Source: Lama guanicoe (Eukaryota). Taken from it: a stretch of 64,000 bases of DNA. The translations under genes and the position numbers were made by a program. Under the pieces are notes generated by a model, which was given only the letters and a program-made list of their open reading frames with translations, did not search any database and was not told the origin of the DNA. The stretch is taken from contig MU056905.1 of the NCBI GenBank assembly GCA_013239625.1, forward strand, positions 15,682,373-15,746,372. Direction: 5' to 3'. Positions 52,325 to 64,000 of the stretch are shown here, in pieces (position 1 is the first letter of the stretch; each line of letters begins with the position of its first letter).

Positions 52325-52670
52325 CAAGATATGGGCTGGAATTCTAGGTCTGCTACTTGCTAGCTTGTTGGCCATGGACAAGTCAACCAACTGAGCCTCT
52401 GGTAAACCACCTATACAGTGAAGAGAATAGTATCTACCTCATGGTATGAGTGGAGGAATATGCTTTTCCTTAGACTCAGGGTGAAAACCCTGAGCTTCAG
52501 TTCAGATTCCTCCTCCAGCAATTACCAGTGGGATTACCATTTCTGATCTTCAATTTCCCCATCTAAAAATAGGAGGTAAAAATAGTGCCTGTCTCACTGT
52601 CTGGTTTTGAGGATTCGGTGAAATAAAACGTTTGAGGCTCTTGGCACAGAGCCTGGCAGGTGTGTTATCT
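52325..52670 (+). mobile_element. Two adjacent MIR fragments
   Basis: tctgctacttgctagcttg...ctgagcctc; caatttccccatctaaaaatagg...ttttgaggatt...ggcacagagcctggca. Confidence 0.6.
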
Positions 52671-53553
52671 TTATTAACAGTCACACCTACAGGTTCTAGA
52701 TGTTATTTCTACTTTATCTGCCTAGAAATGCGATGCCACTTCCTGTAAGATTCGGTTGTTATCTGATTCTTGGATTCCTGGCAGCGGCCCCCCTGCACCA
52801 GGTTGGCTGAATCGCTTCTGAATGGTTCACACCCTCTTTTACACTGTACATCTGACTGTTCAGCTACTCGTGAGGGGTGGGCTGGACTGGTCCCTTCTCT
52901 CTCCCATCACTGACCCATCCCATCGAGATTTATACCTCTTCCCCACTGACACAGGATATGGAAATTCCTGCTTGCTCTGTGGCAGAGTGAACTCATATTT
53001 TGCTAATCATCTTGGTAACAAAGAAATGATGAATGACACACATGAGCAACTGCCTGGACCACCAAGGGCTGATATCTTACGCTGGCATCAAATAAAAAAA
53101 AAAAGTCTTCTACAATTTTGATTGCTAAGATGCCAACTACCCAGAACTGAACATTTCTGTTTGACACTTGTTTTAAGCTAGAACTGCTTTATTAATATCC
53201 CAACCAATACCACTACCGTATTTTTTAGCATCTCATTTCTTCCAGAGATAGTGCTGTTAGGTATCACGCATCCTCAGATGTTTTTAAATTCCCACAGGTT
53301 TTAATTCTCCTTAAAGAGGATCCTTCCTCTTCTGGTGTGTCATTGTTATCCAGAAATATTAAACAAATTCTATTTTATTTCTTCCATTTGCTTTCTTTGA
53401 TAACATGAACTTTTTTTTTCCAAGCTACCCAGTTCTATTCTGAAAGGTATAATGAACTCTATGAGTTTGCAAAATGTTCATATTTTAATTTCTGATCCTT
53501 TCCTTCTCCTTCTTGGGCCTCAGTGTGGAAGCCTGGAAGGTACATACAATGTG

Positions 53554-54016
53554 TGTAACAGAGCAGGACCCTGAGGGCCTTTCTGGAGCAGACCCTTCCT
53601 CCAGGGTCTCTGCTGCAGCTCCTCTCTAAGGTACCCAGATAATAGTATCTCATGCATATTTCCTGAGTTTTTTCAGATGCTAAAAACCACTACCCAATGG
53701 AAGAATTTAACTACTTGATGATTGTGGCCCCCAGACCTTCTGGCGCCTAGGGGTTGGTAGGGTTGACCGCCCTGTTTCCTCAGCATCAACCAATCAGAGA
53801 ACTGTGCATGAGCTGATCAGTACCCTGTGACTCCCCTCCCTCACCTGGCCTTTAAATATGCTTTGCTGAAACCCTTTGGGGGAGTTACGAGTTTTCTGGG
53901 GCTGAGCCATCCCGTTCTCCTTGATTGGCACTGCAATAAACCTTGCTCTGCTCAAACTCTGACATTTCAGTTTGGCCTCACAGTGGGTTGGGCACACAAA
54001 CTTGCCTTTGGTTACA
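53554..54016 (+). mobile_element. ERV1-class solo LTR (463 bp)
   Basis: Inverted termini tgtaac...gttaca; 4-bp TSD tgtg/cgtg; CCAAT ~53790, TATA-like tttaaata ~53851, AATAAA 53935-53940. Confidence 0.88.
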
Positions 54017-55704
54017 CGTGCAGCCCTTTAAAAATCGGGACTATGCTTGTAGTGATGAGCGGCTCATGACAATCACTCTTGGCTGTTCGAAAGATTCTGA
54101 GAGGAAGCTGATGGCTAGGCTGTCACCAAAGTCCAGGAGACCTCAAGGCTACAGTGGCAGTTTCATTCTGGCATGTGGATAAGGAGTAAAGGTTACCAAC
54201 AGATGGTAACTGGAGTTAGCAGATTATTTTCATTTTCAAAACGGCAGACACAGCACCAGGCCCCTATTGGCAATGTATCACATTACAGCGGGAGAAACTG
54301 GAACCCGGTGGTGGCAGGCTTTGGCATCTTAGGGAGAGGAGCAGTGTGCTCTCCACTAAGGGGACATTTGGGAGGGCAGCCTTCTCCTCCCCGGGCCATG
54401 AGCACAGATGTGCACTGCTGGCTGAGACCCACGTCTGGGAGGGAAACGGTCCGCAAAGGCCAGGCTCTGCCTTCAGCCACAGATTGTAGCCAGAAATGGC
54501 ACCAGACAAATGTTGGGGGAAAAAAAGTCCTCTCCATTCCCAGAAAGATGTCTTAAAAGGATCAAAGGACACCTCCTACTTGTGTGTATGAAGGAGAAAA
54601 AACAAAATCTAGGTGACGGATGCTGCCAAATTAATAGAGAGCCAGAGAGAAAAGGGGGATTTTATTCACTTGAACACATTGGTGTTACTGTCGTCATTTT
54701 ACACTGTCTTGTGTGCAGCTACCCTCCGGAAGGGCAATGGCAGCCTGGAGTCCAGCATGATTGAGGAGACTCACAGCTGTGCACTTTGATACAGAAAAGA
54801 ACAAGGGAATTGAGCACGATTAGGGTATTGTATGTGCTTGTGCTCATGCATGCGCACATGTGGGCGGCTCGCTGCTCAAAAGGGGACAGTGGAGAGGATG
54901 CAGCCCAGGTGGGAGGAAAGCAGCATGGCCCCTGTATTTGACTTTCTTTTCGGCTGTGATGTTAGAACGCTTCTTTCTCCTTGCAGATTGCAATCTATAA
55001 AACATTCCAGCCCCCAAGGATCTTTGCTTCAAGGGTCTTGCTACTTATCTTGCTCACTCCTGACTGTACACAGATTCTTCTGCTCCTGCCCTCTGGCTGC
55101 TGCAGAAGTTATAAGCCCTCGGGAGAGAGTGAAAAGATGAAAGGATGTGCCTGTGAAGTTGTGAGAATCTGGGGCTTATGGGAACCAAGCTTGATTTCCA
55201 TTGGAGCTTTGCTGGGATCGTTTCCCACTGACATATTCAGATGCTGGCGGAGGCTTCCTCTGTTATTCATTCACAGTGTAGTTATTTCAGAAAGTTAATT
55301 AACCTATGATAGTTCCCTCCTTTGGAAGTCGAGATAGACTCCAAATTTGCTTTTTAAAAATGGCCTACATCCTGGGAAATGGGGAAGACAAATCCTCATC
55401 CCTTTTTATTTTGGCTCATTTTTTTCCTTTAACTCACTTGATAATACCTCTCCATGTTTAGATTTATCAATATGTATTTTTCAATTGCCTATTTTGTGCA
55501 AATTGCTGCATTAGGCACTTTGAAGAACACGAAGAAGTGGAAAACCCAGTCTTTGACCTCAAGGAATTTGCAGTCTTAGTGGGATTATGAAAACTGAAAT
55601 GAAAATTGGCACATTTTAGATTCGGTGAAGTCCCAAATGACTGGGATGAGCAGTAAAGGCTCTAAGAATTTCTGAAGCATGTACTTCCCTTTTTGTCACC
55701 TTGG

Positions 55705-55915
55705 TGTTTGGAGTTAGACAGTTTGGATCAGAACCCTGCATTCAACAACACTGTGCTGTGTGACCTTGGACGAGTCACTTGCCCCTTTAAAGCCTCAGTT
55801 TCTTCTCTTGCAGAAAGGCGGGAAACAATTTAAACCTCTCAGGACTGGAGGGGATTAAGCAATTTCATGTATAAGGAGGATTTAGCACTGTTGACATAAT
55901 GGTGCCAAATAAAAT
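55705..55915 (+). mobile_element. MIR SINE
   Basis: gctgtgtgaccttggacgagtcacttgccc...gcctcagtttcttc. Confidence 0.8.
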
Positions 55916-56255
55916 CTGTTCTAACTGTTAAACCTTGGCAATTTTATTTGCTCCTCAGTGCTCTGAGCTGCCAATGGCTGAAAGCTCACAGATGCAGGCC
56001 AAGTGGCCAGTGCACATTTGGTTTTCAGGCTTTTTAATGCTACCTGGTGCGAACAATCCAAGACAATATTTAAACTCTGAGCATCCCTCGCTCCCCAACC
56101 CCTCCAAGCTTTAGTCCCTAAAATAAATGTGGGGTTAAGGATCAGACAGACGGTTGACCCAAGGCTTCACCTAATGAAGTGCCCCAAACCCTGGGCAGCT
56201 GCTGGGAAGGACAGAGTCATGGGGGAGGGGCTGCATTCAAAATCTCAAAAGGAGC

Positions 56256-56345
56256 GGGGAGGGTATAGCTCAAGGGTAGACCACATGCTTAGCATGCACG
56301 AGGTCCTGGGTTCAACCGCCCAGTACCTCCATTATAAAAAAAAGA
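56256..56345 (+). mobile_element. Vic-1 type SINE
   Basis: ggggagggtatagctcaagggtagaccacatgcttagcatgcacgaggtcctgggttcaa; degenerate TSD aaaatctcaaaagga / aaaatccagaaagga. Confidence 0.92.
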
Positions 56346-57132
56346 AAAATCCAGAAAGGATATTCCATGAAACCAGCACCAATCCTGGCTTACAAGGAGG
56401 GCGTGATCCAAGAGAAGGAATATACAGGGATTCTTCCACCTTATTTATAAACGGTTGCTGTGTTACATTGCTTTTCCTTAATTGAGGAGGAAGCCTGTGG
56501 CCACAACTTGAGTTAGTGCTGAGGCCTCAGGAGTAAGGTCTGTGAGGACAGAGATTGCAAACGCTGGTCATATACAGAGGCCTAACTTTCCATTTCTGTG
56601 TTTTAAAACGTCCCTAAAACACACCACCAGCGTCTTGCTCAGAGCTGGGCTGAGTCAGTAACGACTCCGTGGGAAGCTTTTATTTTGCTTTTCACAAGGT
56701 TTCTTGCGGTGGGGTCGGGAAGTAGATCATCCTCTCTCCAGTTACCTCAGGACACTCGGCAGCACCAGGTGGGGAGCGGGACAGCCTTGGAAAGGCGATC
56801 TTGTCTGAACTTTCCATGCTGCTCCCTTGAATGCTACTGTGGAAAAGGGCGCCCAGTTGGAGCTCTAACAAGCCTGCAGTTAGTTTCCAAAATGCACCCG
56901 CTTATGAAATTGTTTCCAGGAGGCAGAGTTTCGCCCAGCTCTTCCCAGACTGAGCAGCAAAGCCAGGCGGTGGGACAACAGTGCTCCCACCCTGATTCTG
57001 GGGACTTCCATTCTCCCCTGGGGCCCATGACCGTGTTTACTGGAACCTGTGCTAATCTTCAGCACTGCTTCGTGAGTATTAGTGAATACTGCAAGGCCTC
57101 TCATCTGGAGGCCAGAAGGGCATTTTGTATTT

Positions 57133-57650
57133 TGTGGGACACTAGAATACGCCAGCCAACCCAAAATACGCCTCTAGGCATAAGGATTGTTTTGAGAAAC
57201 AGCAGACTAAGAGAAGCTCTGAAAACAGAGTAAAAGTTACCCTTCTGTAAAGCAAATTCACATTTATAAAGAAAATCTCTGTTTGTAAGGGGGTCTCCCT
57301 TTCTGGACCAGGAAGAGGATGACAAAGTCAAAAGAGGCTTATCCCTGGAGAAGGCACAGGCTGAAATCTGCATGATGGATTTGACCCTGGTCACCGTGTT
57401 TATGTTCCTGGTCACCTTTACACACCTAACCTCCCCTCGACAGTCCTTTCTTTGATTTAGCTGAAGATGTATTTCAGCCTAAATTCTAAGCCACCTCCTT
57501 GACTTACTCATTTCCCTGGCTGTCCCCAGGTACGTGAGATAGATATGTGAATAAACAGCTGTTTTTCTCTTGGTAATCTGCCTTTTGTTCCAGAACCCTC
57601 AGCCAAGAACTTACAAAGGTAGAGGAAAAATTATTTTTTCCTAACCTGTG
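57133..57650 (+). mobile_element. ERV1 solo LTR, MER34-like
   Basis: tgtgggacactagaatacgcc...cccaaaatacgcctctaggcataaggattgttttgag matches recalled MER34-family start; AATAAA near 57550. Confidence 0.75.
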
Positions 57651-60600
57651 GAATCAAAGTCCTGAGGCACCTTTCACTGAGATGTTTAACATAATTTCCA
57701 AATAAACTTCTACCCAGAGATAAGAGGATCCAAGGATAAGAAATGAAACCCACACCAGATACAGAGGGTGTGTGTACATGTCTGTGTGTACTCAGAATTA
57801 TTCTAACCTCTTACAAACATAAACAATTATATTACATTGTATGGGAGGGGTGGTTAAAGGTATTAAATTGTTAAACGACAATATTTAAATCATACCACAA
57901 CTTTTATAACCTTGATTTGGTGCCTTTTTTTTTTTTAAATGTAGTATGCTTGTGGCTTCCAAATTTGAGAGCGACCTATGTTTCAATGGCCTGGATATGC
58001 ACCCAAAAATTGCAGCAAGCTTTAATTATGCTGACTGTAAACCCAAAATACATGGTACCCAGTATGACAAGTACAAGGATATTTATGGCAACAAGAGGCC
58101 AAATTGATCAAAATTAGAACTATTTTGGAAAATCTGGAAGGAATGTTGTCATAAGTGTGGATCTTTGGAAATTTCTTCTGGAAAGTGCAGCTCACTCTAT
58201 GACACCCAGTGAGAGTCTAAGTCATCTTTTTCCTCAGTATTGATGTACCATTTTAATCTCTTAAAAATTATGTAATTTTACATTTATCTATTCCTTGAGT
58301 TACATCTGACACAACGGATGCAAAAGCAACTTGTACATTGTCTGGTCCTATTAAATGCTAATTACTATTAGCACCAGACTACACCGAATGACACAGCTAC
58401 GGTATACAGTGTCTGCACAGCCCAAATCTCACAGACTAGATCTCGAGGTGACCAGCAATCTGTGAAGTGCTGATTTTCTTACATAAATCTAACCAAAACA
58501 TTAATGTAGAGGGCCGTTTAAAAATAGCTCCCCAAGATGAGGGCTGGAGTGTTTGCCCCTTAAGGGCACAGAGCTGAGCGTTTGGCTCCGAGAGGTGTTT
58601 CGGAAATATTTGAATTGGCCTGAGTTCCCATGTGCGAGGCAGAACTGGGGGCCCTCGCTGTGGACTGTTTGTTGTGGTTGCAGTTGCCAACACTGCTTCT
58701 CAAAGTTTCAGAGACGTGTCCACCGAAGGCGATGCTATTCTCATCTTCTGTGTGTGCTGAAGAAAAAGGGCACCCCCAGCAGTGAAAGAGCCTGAAAGCA
58801 AGTATGTGTGTTTGCGTCAAGGGGAGAATGAAAGCGGGGTGCCGAGGGGATGACACCCCCACTGTGACAGACAGCTCTTGGGTACCTTCCAGGTAAAGTG
58901 CCCCTTAAGAAAATAACAGATCAACCTGAACCATTAGCTCTGCTGAGATGCCTTTCCCCAAAGGAGCAACTTCTCATTGTTAGGGGAAAATGCAATTTTA
59001 AAAAGGTACTGAATCCGGTTGGTGCCCCAGTCAGTCCCTAACTGTGCCCTATGGTGAGCAGACCTCTGTGGGTCTCCTGAGGTGGTCAGTGAGCTGAAAA
59101 CAACCTTTCAGAAGATCAGATACCTACGGTGAACTGTAGGTTTACATATTCTGGGAAAAGATAGATTGTGCCTGTGGCTAATAATAATTATATAACTGAA
59201 GAACCCAAAGGAAAAGAAAAGGGAGTTGGTCAATTTATCCCTTTATAGACCTAGTGCCTTCTAGTTCGTGTCATTGGATTTCTCCTCTCCTACACTCTGT
59301 CCTGCTCTCCACAGGGTTATTTACCAAAGAGTGAGTCGTGACATGCACGGGGGCCACTTTAACCTTAGAGAGAGAAAAATCTAATCACCCCTCTGAGACA
59401 GAAATCACGATCGGGAAAATGAGAGGGAGAAACCCCCTTCTCTGAGAGGCTTCCCGGGAGAGGCAAAGAGCTGCAGTTTTGAGACGATTTCAGTGTCATG
59501 TTCCTCCTCCTCCCTCTCACCCTCTCTAACGTTCAAATTTCTAGAGCAACATTTTCTTAACAGTGGTCAAAAAGGAATAATAATCAGGGTAGCAATAAAG
59601 AAGAAACAGATAACAGCGACTTGGAGCTAAAAGAAATGGTAGGACTTAAAAAAAAATTTAAAGCTGCTGAACAACTCCAGCTCTGCCTCCAATGAGATGT
59701 TATCTTGTAGCAGGATTTAAAAAAATTTTTTTGCATGATTTACAGTTACTAATTATGTACCTTGAGAATTAGACACTAGGACATGTACCTAGTCTCTATT
59801 ACCATCCTAGAGAGAAAGAGAACACCGAATGCAAGTATTGAGTGTATCATTTAGAGTGCTATCTCAGCTGTTCAGAGGAAAGCATAATTTCTAGGGCTGA
59901 GGAAGAGGCAACTAAAATCACAGTTTACGTGGGACCCTTTGATCACCGTCTAGGTTAAAGTAAGTCCTCTCCTAGTTTCATCCTTGCTATTTCTCTTTCT
60001 CTGCCAGGCTGGTGGCTTAATGATGGTGTGCGTGTATTTAGCCATTGGCATGTTTGTGTCTGTGGCGTGTCTGTCTCATCATTGCCTCCTCGGGGTCACC
60101 ATCTACAGCCGTACAGATTGTGGACTGTGCAGCATCACTGGGTAGGGCAGCGATGCTGAGAGTGAAAATCAGAACCACTGCTAAGTCTACTACAGACACC
60201 TAACATCGAAGGGAAAAGGAGCAACCCCTGTGAGAAGGGGAAGTAGGTTAAGCAGGGACAAAATCCTTAGGTAAGTAGGAAGGGATGAGGTAGAGGGAAT
60301 GAGAAATCTTTTTATCTTTAGTGGCAGGTGTGATCTTAAAGAATCAAAGGTAGATGCCTGGGGGCTTAGTTAGGCATGGTTGTTTTTTTAGCCCTGGGTG
60401 CTGGCCCAAGAATTTCCATCGTTCCCAAGGTAGCCCTGGAATCAGAACACTGAGGTCTGAGCCCTGGAGGTGGCCCTCCCTCTCCTGGGTCATCCTAGAT
60501 CCACCTTCCTCCTTGGCCGTGAACTCTCAGTTGTGGCAATGCCACCCCCACCCCTCTGAGAGTGTGAGTTTGGCCAGGGGAAACAAACACACACATCCTT

Positions 60601-60766
60601 GGCATTAACTTTGCATTTCTGCACTTAAGGTTTCCCCAAACTTTTAATACGCTTATACTATACATTCTACTAGAATTTTTAGGCAAGGAGAGAAAATTCA
60701 GATTTGATCCTACTTTAATGGTTCCGGGGATTGTGCCCAGGCACTGGTATTTTGAAAAAACTCTCA

Positions 60767-60896
60767 GGGGAGGGTATAACTCGGTGGTAGAGAGAATGCT
60801 TAATATGCACAAGGTCCTGGGCTCAATCCCCAATACCTCCACTAAAATAAAACAAATAAGATATCCCAATTACCACCTCCCCCCAAAAAAGAAACA
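60767..60896 (+). mobile_element. Vic-1 type SINE, long-tail variant
   Basis: Body plus tail unit cccaattaccacctccccccaaaa; TSD aaaaactctcag / aaaagctctcag; appears inserted in a MER5-like remnant. Confidence 0.9.
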
Positions 60897-63054
60897 AAAA
60901 GCTCTCAGTCCATCCTAACATTCATCTCAGGTTGAGAAAGGCTGGATGGAGCCTGGATGAACTGGACTGGAATCCAGATGGCCCTGCTGGGGCTCTTTAC
61001 TTTCTAGGTGTCCATCTGTGTTGCCAATACACCCCCTACACACACCTCCTTATTCATCCCAGATCTTCACAAAACTCCATCAGGCATCTTTCCACAGGGT
61101 CACTCTTGAGGCTGGAGAGCTCTCTTGGCAACCAGAAAAATATGCAGCGGGGAAGGCAGCTGATTTAGCTGTGCCGACTACCTCCATGTGACTTGGTGCC
61201 CCTTCCCTTGGAGCACACAAGCCTGTCTGCTCCTTCCACGGGGCTCCATCTTAGTTGGTGCCTTCAGGTGAATCCCTGACTTTCAGTATCCTGGCAGGTC
61301 TGTACCTCGACTTTGGAGGATTCAAATGTCTAGATCACAATCTGTACAGCAGCATCGCCTCTCTGTGGAATGCTGGATTCGTGCTCAGCATCAAAGCCAC
61401 AGAGGAATGGCTGGCATCTTGTTGCTCAACCTGGACTCAGAGACAATTAGCAGAGAGTGGAATTGCACTGATGAGAGGAGCAATAGTACAAGATAGACTC
61501 AGTGTTAAAGGTTGGGAGTAGGTGGCTGTTTGTCTTCTGACCAGAATGCTGGTGGTTTAATGACCGAGAAGTATGCACTGAGTTATATATTGAGACTTGT
61601 GATTACGTGAGAGATCCTCCAACAGATTAGAACATCTGTGATCAGTCCTGGAAGGTTCCAGAGGCCTCTGCTTCACCCCAGCCTCACGGACGGCCATCTT
61701 CAGCCCTCTGTGTCTCTGCTGCGCTTGTGTGCTGTGTCAGAGATAATGACATCAGACAGGCCTGCGCAGACTTCTTCTCCCTCCTCACAAATTTTTAATA
61801 AAACTCTTTGAACAACAGAGCTGGGCATCTCTGGAGCCTGAAATTAAAGCAATAAGCTGGAAGATTACTCACTTGTCAGTCTGCACCCAACTGCCTCACC
61901 AATACAAAATTCCAGGGGAGTTTTTCTAAACCTGCTGACAATGTGAGGCTCTCCATCTGGAGGCTTTTTTCTTATTTTCATAGGAAGAAAATCCAGCACC
62001 GAGGAAGAGAAAAAGAGACACTTCAGTCTCCACCAATGATGACACATGTATCAAGCCCGGACTCGGGTGTTCACAAACAGTAATTTGGGGAGACCATCGC
62101 TCCTGAATAAATAAGTGTCCCCAGGTTAGATTTCCCAAGACAAAAATGTCATCACGGTTGTTGGTTGGGTGACCACTGCTCATCCATCTGCCTTGCAGGA
62201 GGCATGGCTGCTGCAGGTTCCCCGACTCTCTGGGCTCCCACGTTCACACTGATCGTGAGACCCACTGTCTCCCTGGCACTGGGGAACAAACACATGGCCT
62301 CAGGGAGCTCACATACCATGGGGCAAGGCCGACAACAGACATCCACATAAGTCCTGTAATGTTATGTCAGGTAGTGCTAAGAGCCACAAGAAAAAAACAA
62401 AATACACATCATGGGGCAGTGGGTTACGGAGGACTGGGGATATATTAGAGATAGGGCATTTTCAAAAGGCCTCTGAGATCTAGGTTGTAAATTAAGTGTC
62501 TATGTAGGTTGGCCCCTTTTCCAAAACAAAATCTTGGCATTCATTCTGCAAGTAAAATTATCTGGTTTTCTAAAAAAGAGACTGATTTAGCCCTGGCTGA
62601 AGATGAAGAATTTAATAGCTCCTCCCATCGCCCCCCAACCAACCATGACTTCCCTATCCTCCTTGTCCCCGTTTCCCCCCCAGCCCCCTCCCACTTTTGT
62701 CCTTCTCTTATCTTTTCTACCTACTCACTGCCAGGAGAAAAACAAATGCAAAACATTCCTATCCCTTTATACACTGGGGGATATTTCTAAAGTCCCAAGC
62801 TCTCTTAAGACCAATAGGAAAGCTTGCAGCAGCTAACCTCTGCTGTCCTGCCCCTTCTTGCCAGGTACCCCATAGTATAGATCTGACAGTGGGTATTTGC
62901 AGGCTCTGGCCCAGACCTCCTATAATGTACATATAAACATGGGTCTCCTGCTAAAAATGCCTAAAGAAAATGGAACACCGCCAATCTAAGTTCTGTACTA
63001 ATATCACCTTAGTTTCCACATTAAGGCATGGACTCTAAATGAGGTACCGATGGT

Positions 63055-63550
63055 GCTGTATGGTTTAGTGTCCTGGCAGGAATCAGTTCCATGCAAGGGG
63101 TTTAAGTGAAGAGAATGTTAACAGTTGGGTGATTGTGAGTGGTGGGGTGGGAGAAGGGAACAAACAGTGGATGGGGAAGCAGCCAGACATTAGAGAACAG
63201 AAAACCATTAGCACTTCCAGGGCTGAAGGGCCAGGGGAAGGAGAATTTGCTCCCAGAGCCATTGAGGACATGAGTCCTGGAGGCAGTGACCTGAGGGGTG
63301 CTGCCTGTTGGAGGGGAGGCGAGGAGCCAGGGCAGAGCAGAGAGGAAACACCCAATCAGGCAGTCTCACCTTCCACACTCTGGCCTCAACCCACCAGAAG
63401 TCATCTGTCCAGGAGCCTAGAGAGTTTGGCCCTAGGGTAAGGAGCAAGGACAGAGAAAGGAGTCAGAGGAGAGCAAATGCAGAATGTGGAGCCCCCCTGC
63501 TCACTGCTTATGAGATGCCCTGTCTATATGTGTGTCCACAGTGCTAACTA
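63055..63550 (-). mobile_element. Probable ancient LTR remnant
   Basis: tgtatggtttagtgtcctggcaggaa...aagtgaagagaat...cagggctgaagggcc pattern typical of old ERVL/Gypsy-like LTRs; family not assignable. Confidence 0.35.
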
Positions 63551-64000
63551 CAACCATTGAGCTTTTTTTCTTCCTTCAGTTTTAACAGCCAAATACTGAG
63601 CAACGTCACATTTGGTAAATGGTCTCCCTGATCAAAGTGTGAAGGTGACCTCATTCAGTTCCAGGTTTTCATTTAATCTGTTTTCCGTGATTGGTCTGTG
63701 AAGAACTTAATCTGGCCGTGTGTGTCCTGGCTGTGGTCTCTCCCCTTCCCAGGCCCTTCTTTTGTACTTGAAGATAAAAAGGTCATTTCAAAAGAATTTA
63801 ATGATTTCCTTTCTAAGTAAACTCCTAAGAATTTCCTCTTCTATTCCTTTTGTATGAAGGGACTGCCTCTAATTTTCTTATTCCGTCTTCTTCTTTTTTT
63901 TTTTCATAAAGAAATGTAGAACTTAAAATTCATCCTAAGGTCATTTTCCTGTAGTAGAAGCCAGGAAGATGAAAGCTCAGTGACTGGGGGCTGGGGGAGC

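Noticed and set aside
54981-55298. 105-aa ORF after a pyrimidine-rich acceptor (ttctccttgcag)
   Set aside because: No recognisable protein, and no convincing donor or upstream exon.
56685-57233. 182-aa ORF
   Set aside because: Non-ATG start, runs into a MER34-like LTR, no homology recognised.
58554-58909. 11-bp direct repeat tgccccttaag as a possible TSD
   Set aside because: No poly(A) or terminal repeats inside; matches of this length are expected by chance in 64 kb.
1-64000. Prokaryote-type systems (CRISPR arrays, operons, defence islands)
   Set aside because: The sequence is mammalian; no spaced direct-repeat arrays or gene-dense ORF clusters are present.

Overview
Mammalian, repeat-rich, apparently non-coding (intergenic or long-intron) genomic DNA from a gapped draft assembly (N runs at 4936-5067, 5314-5540, 6946-7090). 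Nine copies of a short tRNA-Ala(AGC)-derived SINE (Vic-1 type) indicate a camelid (camel/alpaca/llama). I recognise no intact protein-coding exon. The only clear gene-derived sequence is a decayed, near full-length HMGB3 processed pseudogene (~18830-21176, +). It sits inside an old L1 and is itself interrupted by an MLT1 LTR, an L1 fragment and a Vic-1 SINE. The rest is typical eutherian repeat content: L1/HAL1, L2, L3, MIR, MaLR/ERVL/ERV1 solo LTRs and MER20/MER58/MER91/Tigger2-type DNA elements. The less ordinary observations are: a 5'-intact, 3'-truncated L1 with a short target-site duplication (possible internal priming); a near-exact ~270-bp tandem duplication; a 99-bp, 95%-identical local copy of a MIR end; and a speculative three-exon spliced unit at 58.5-60.3 kb that could encode a 72-80 aa hydrophobic micropeptide downstream of a MEF2 site. 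I found no convincing novel multi-gene system. Repeat family names are from recalled consensus sequences and need RepeatMasker/Dfam confirmation.
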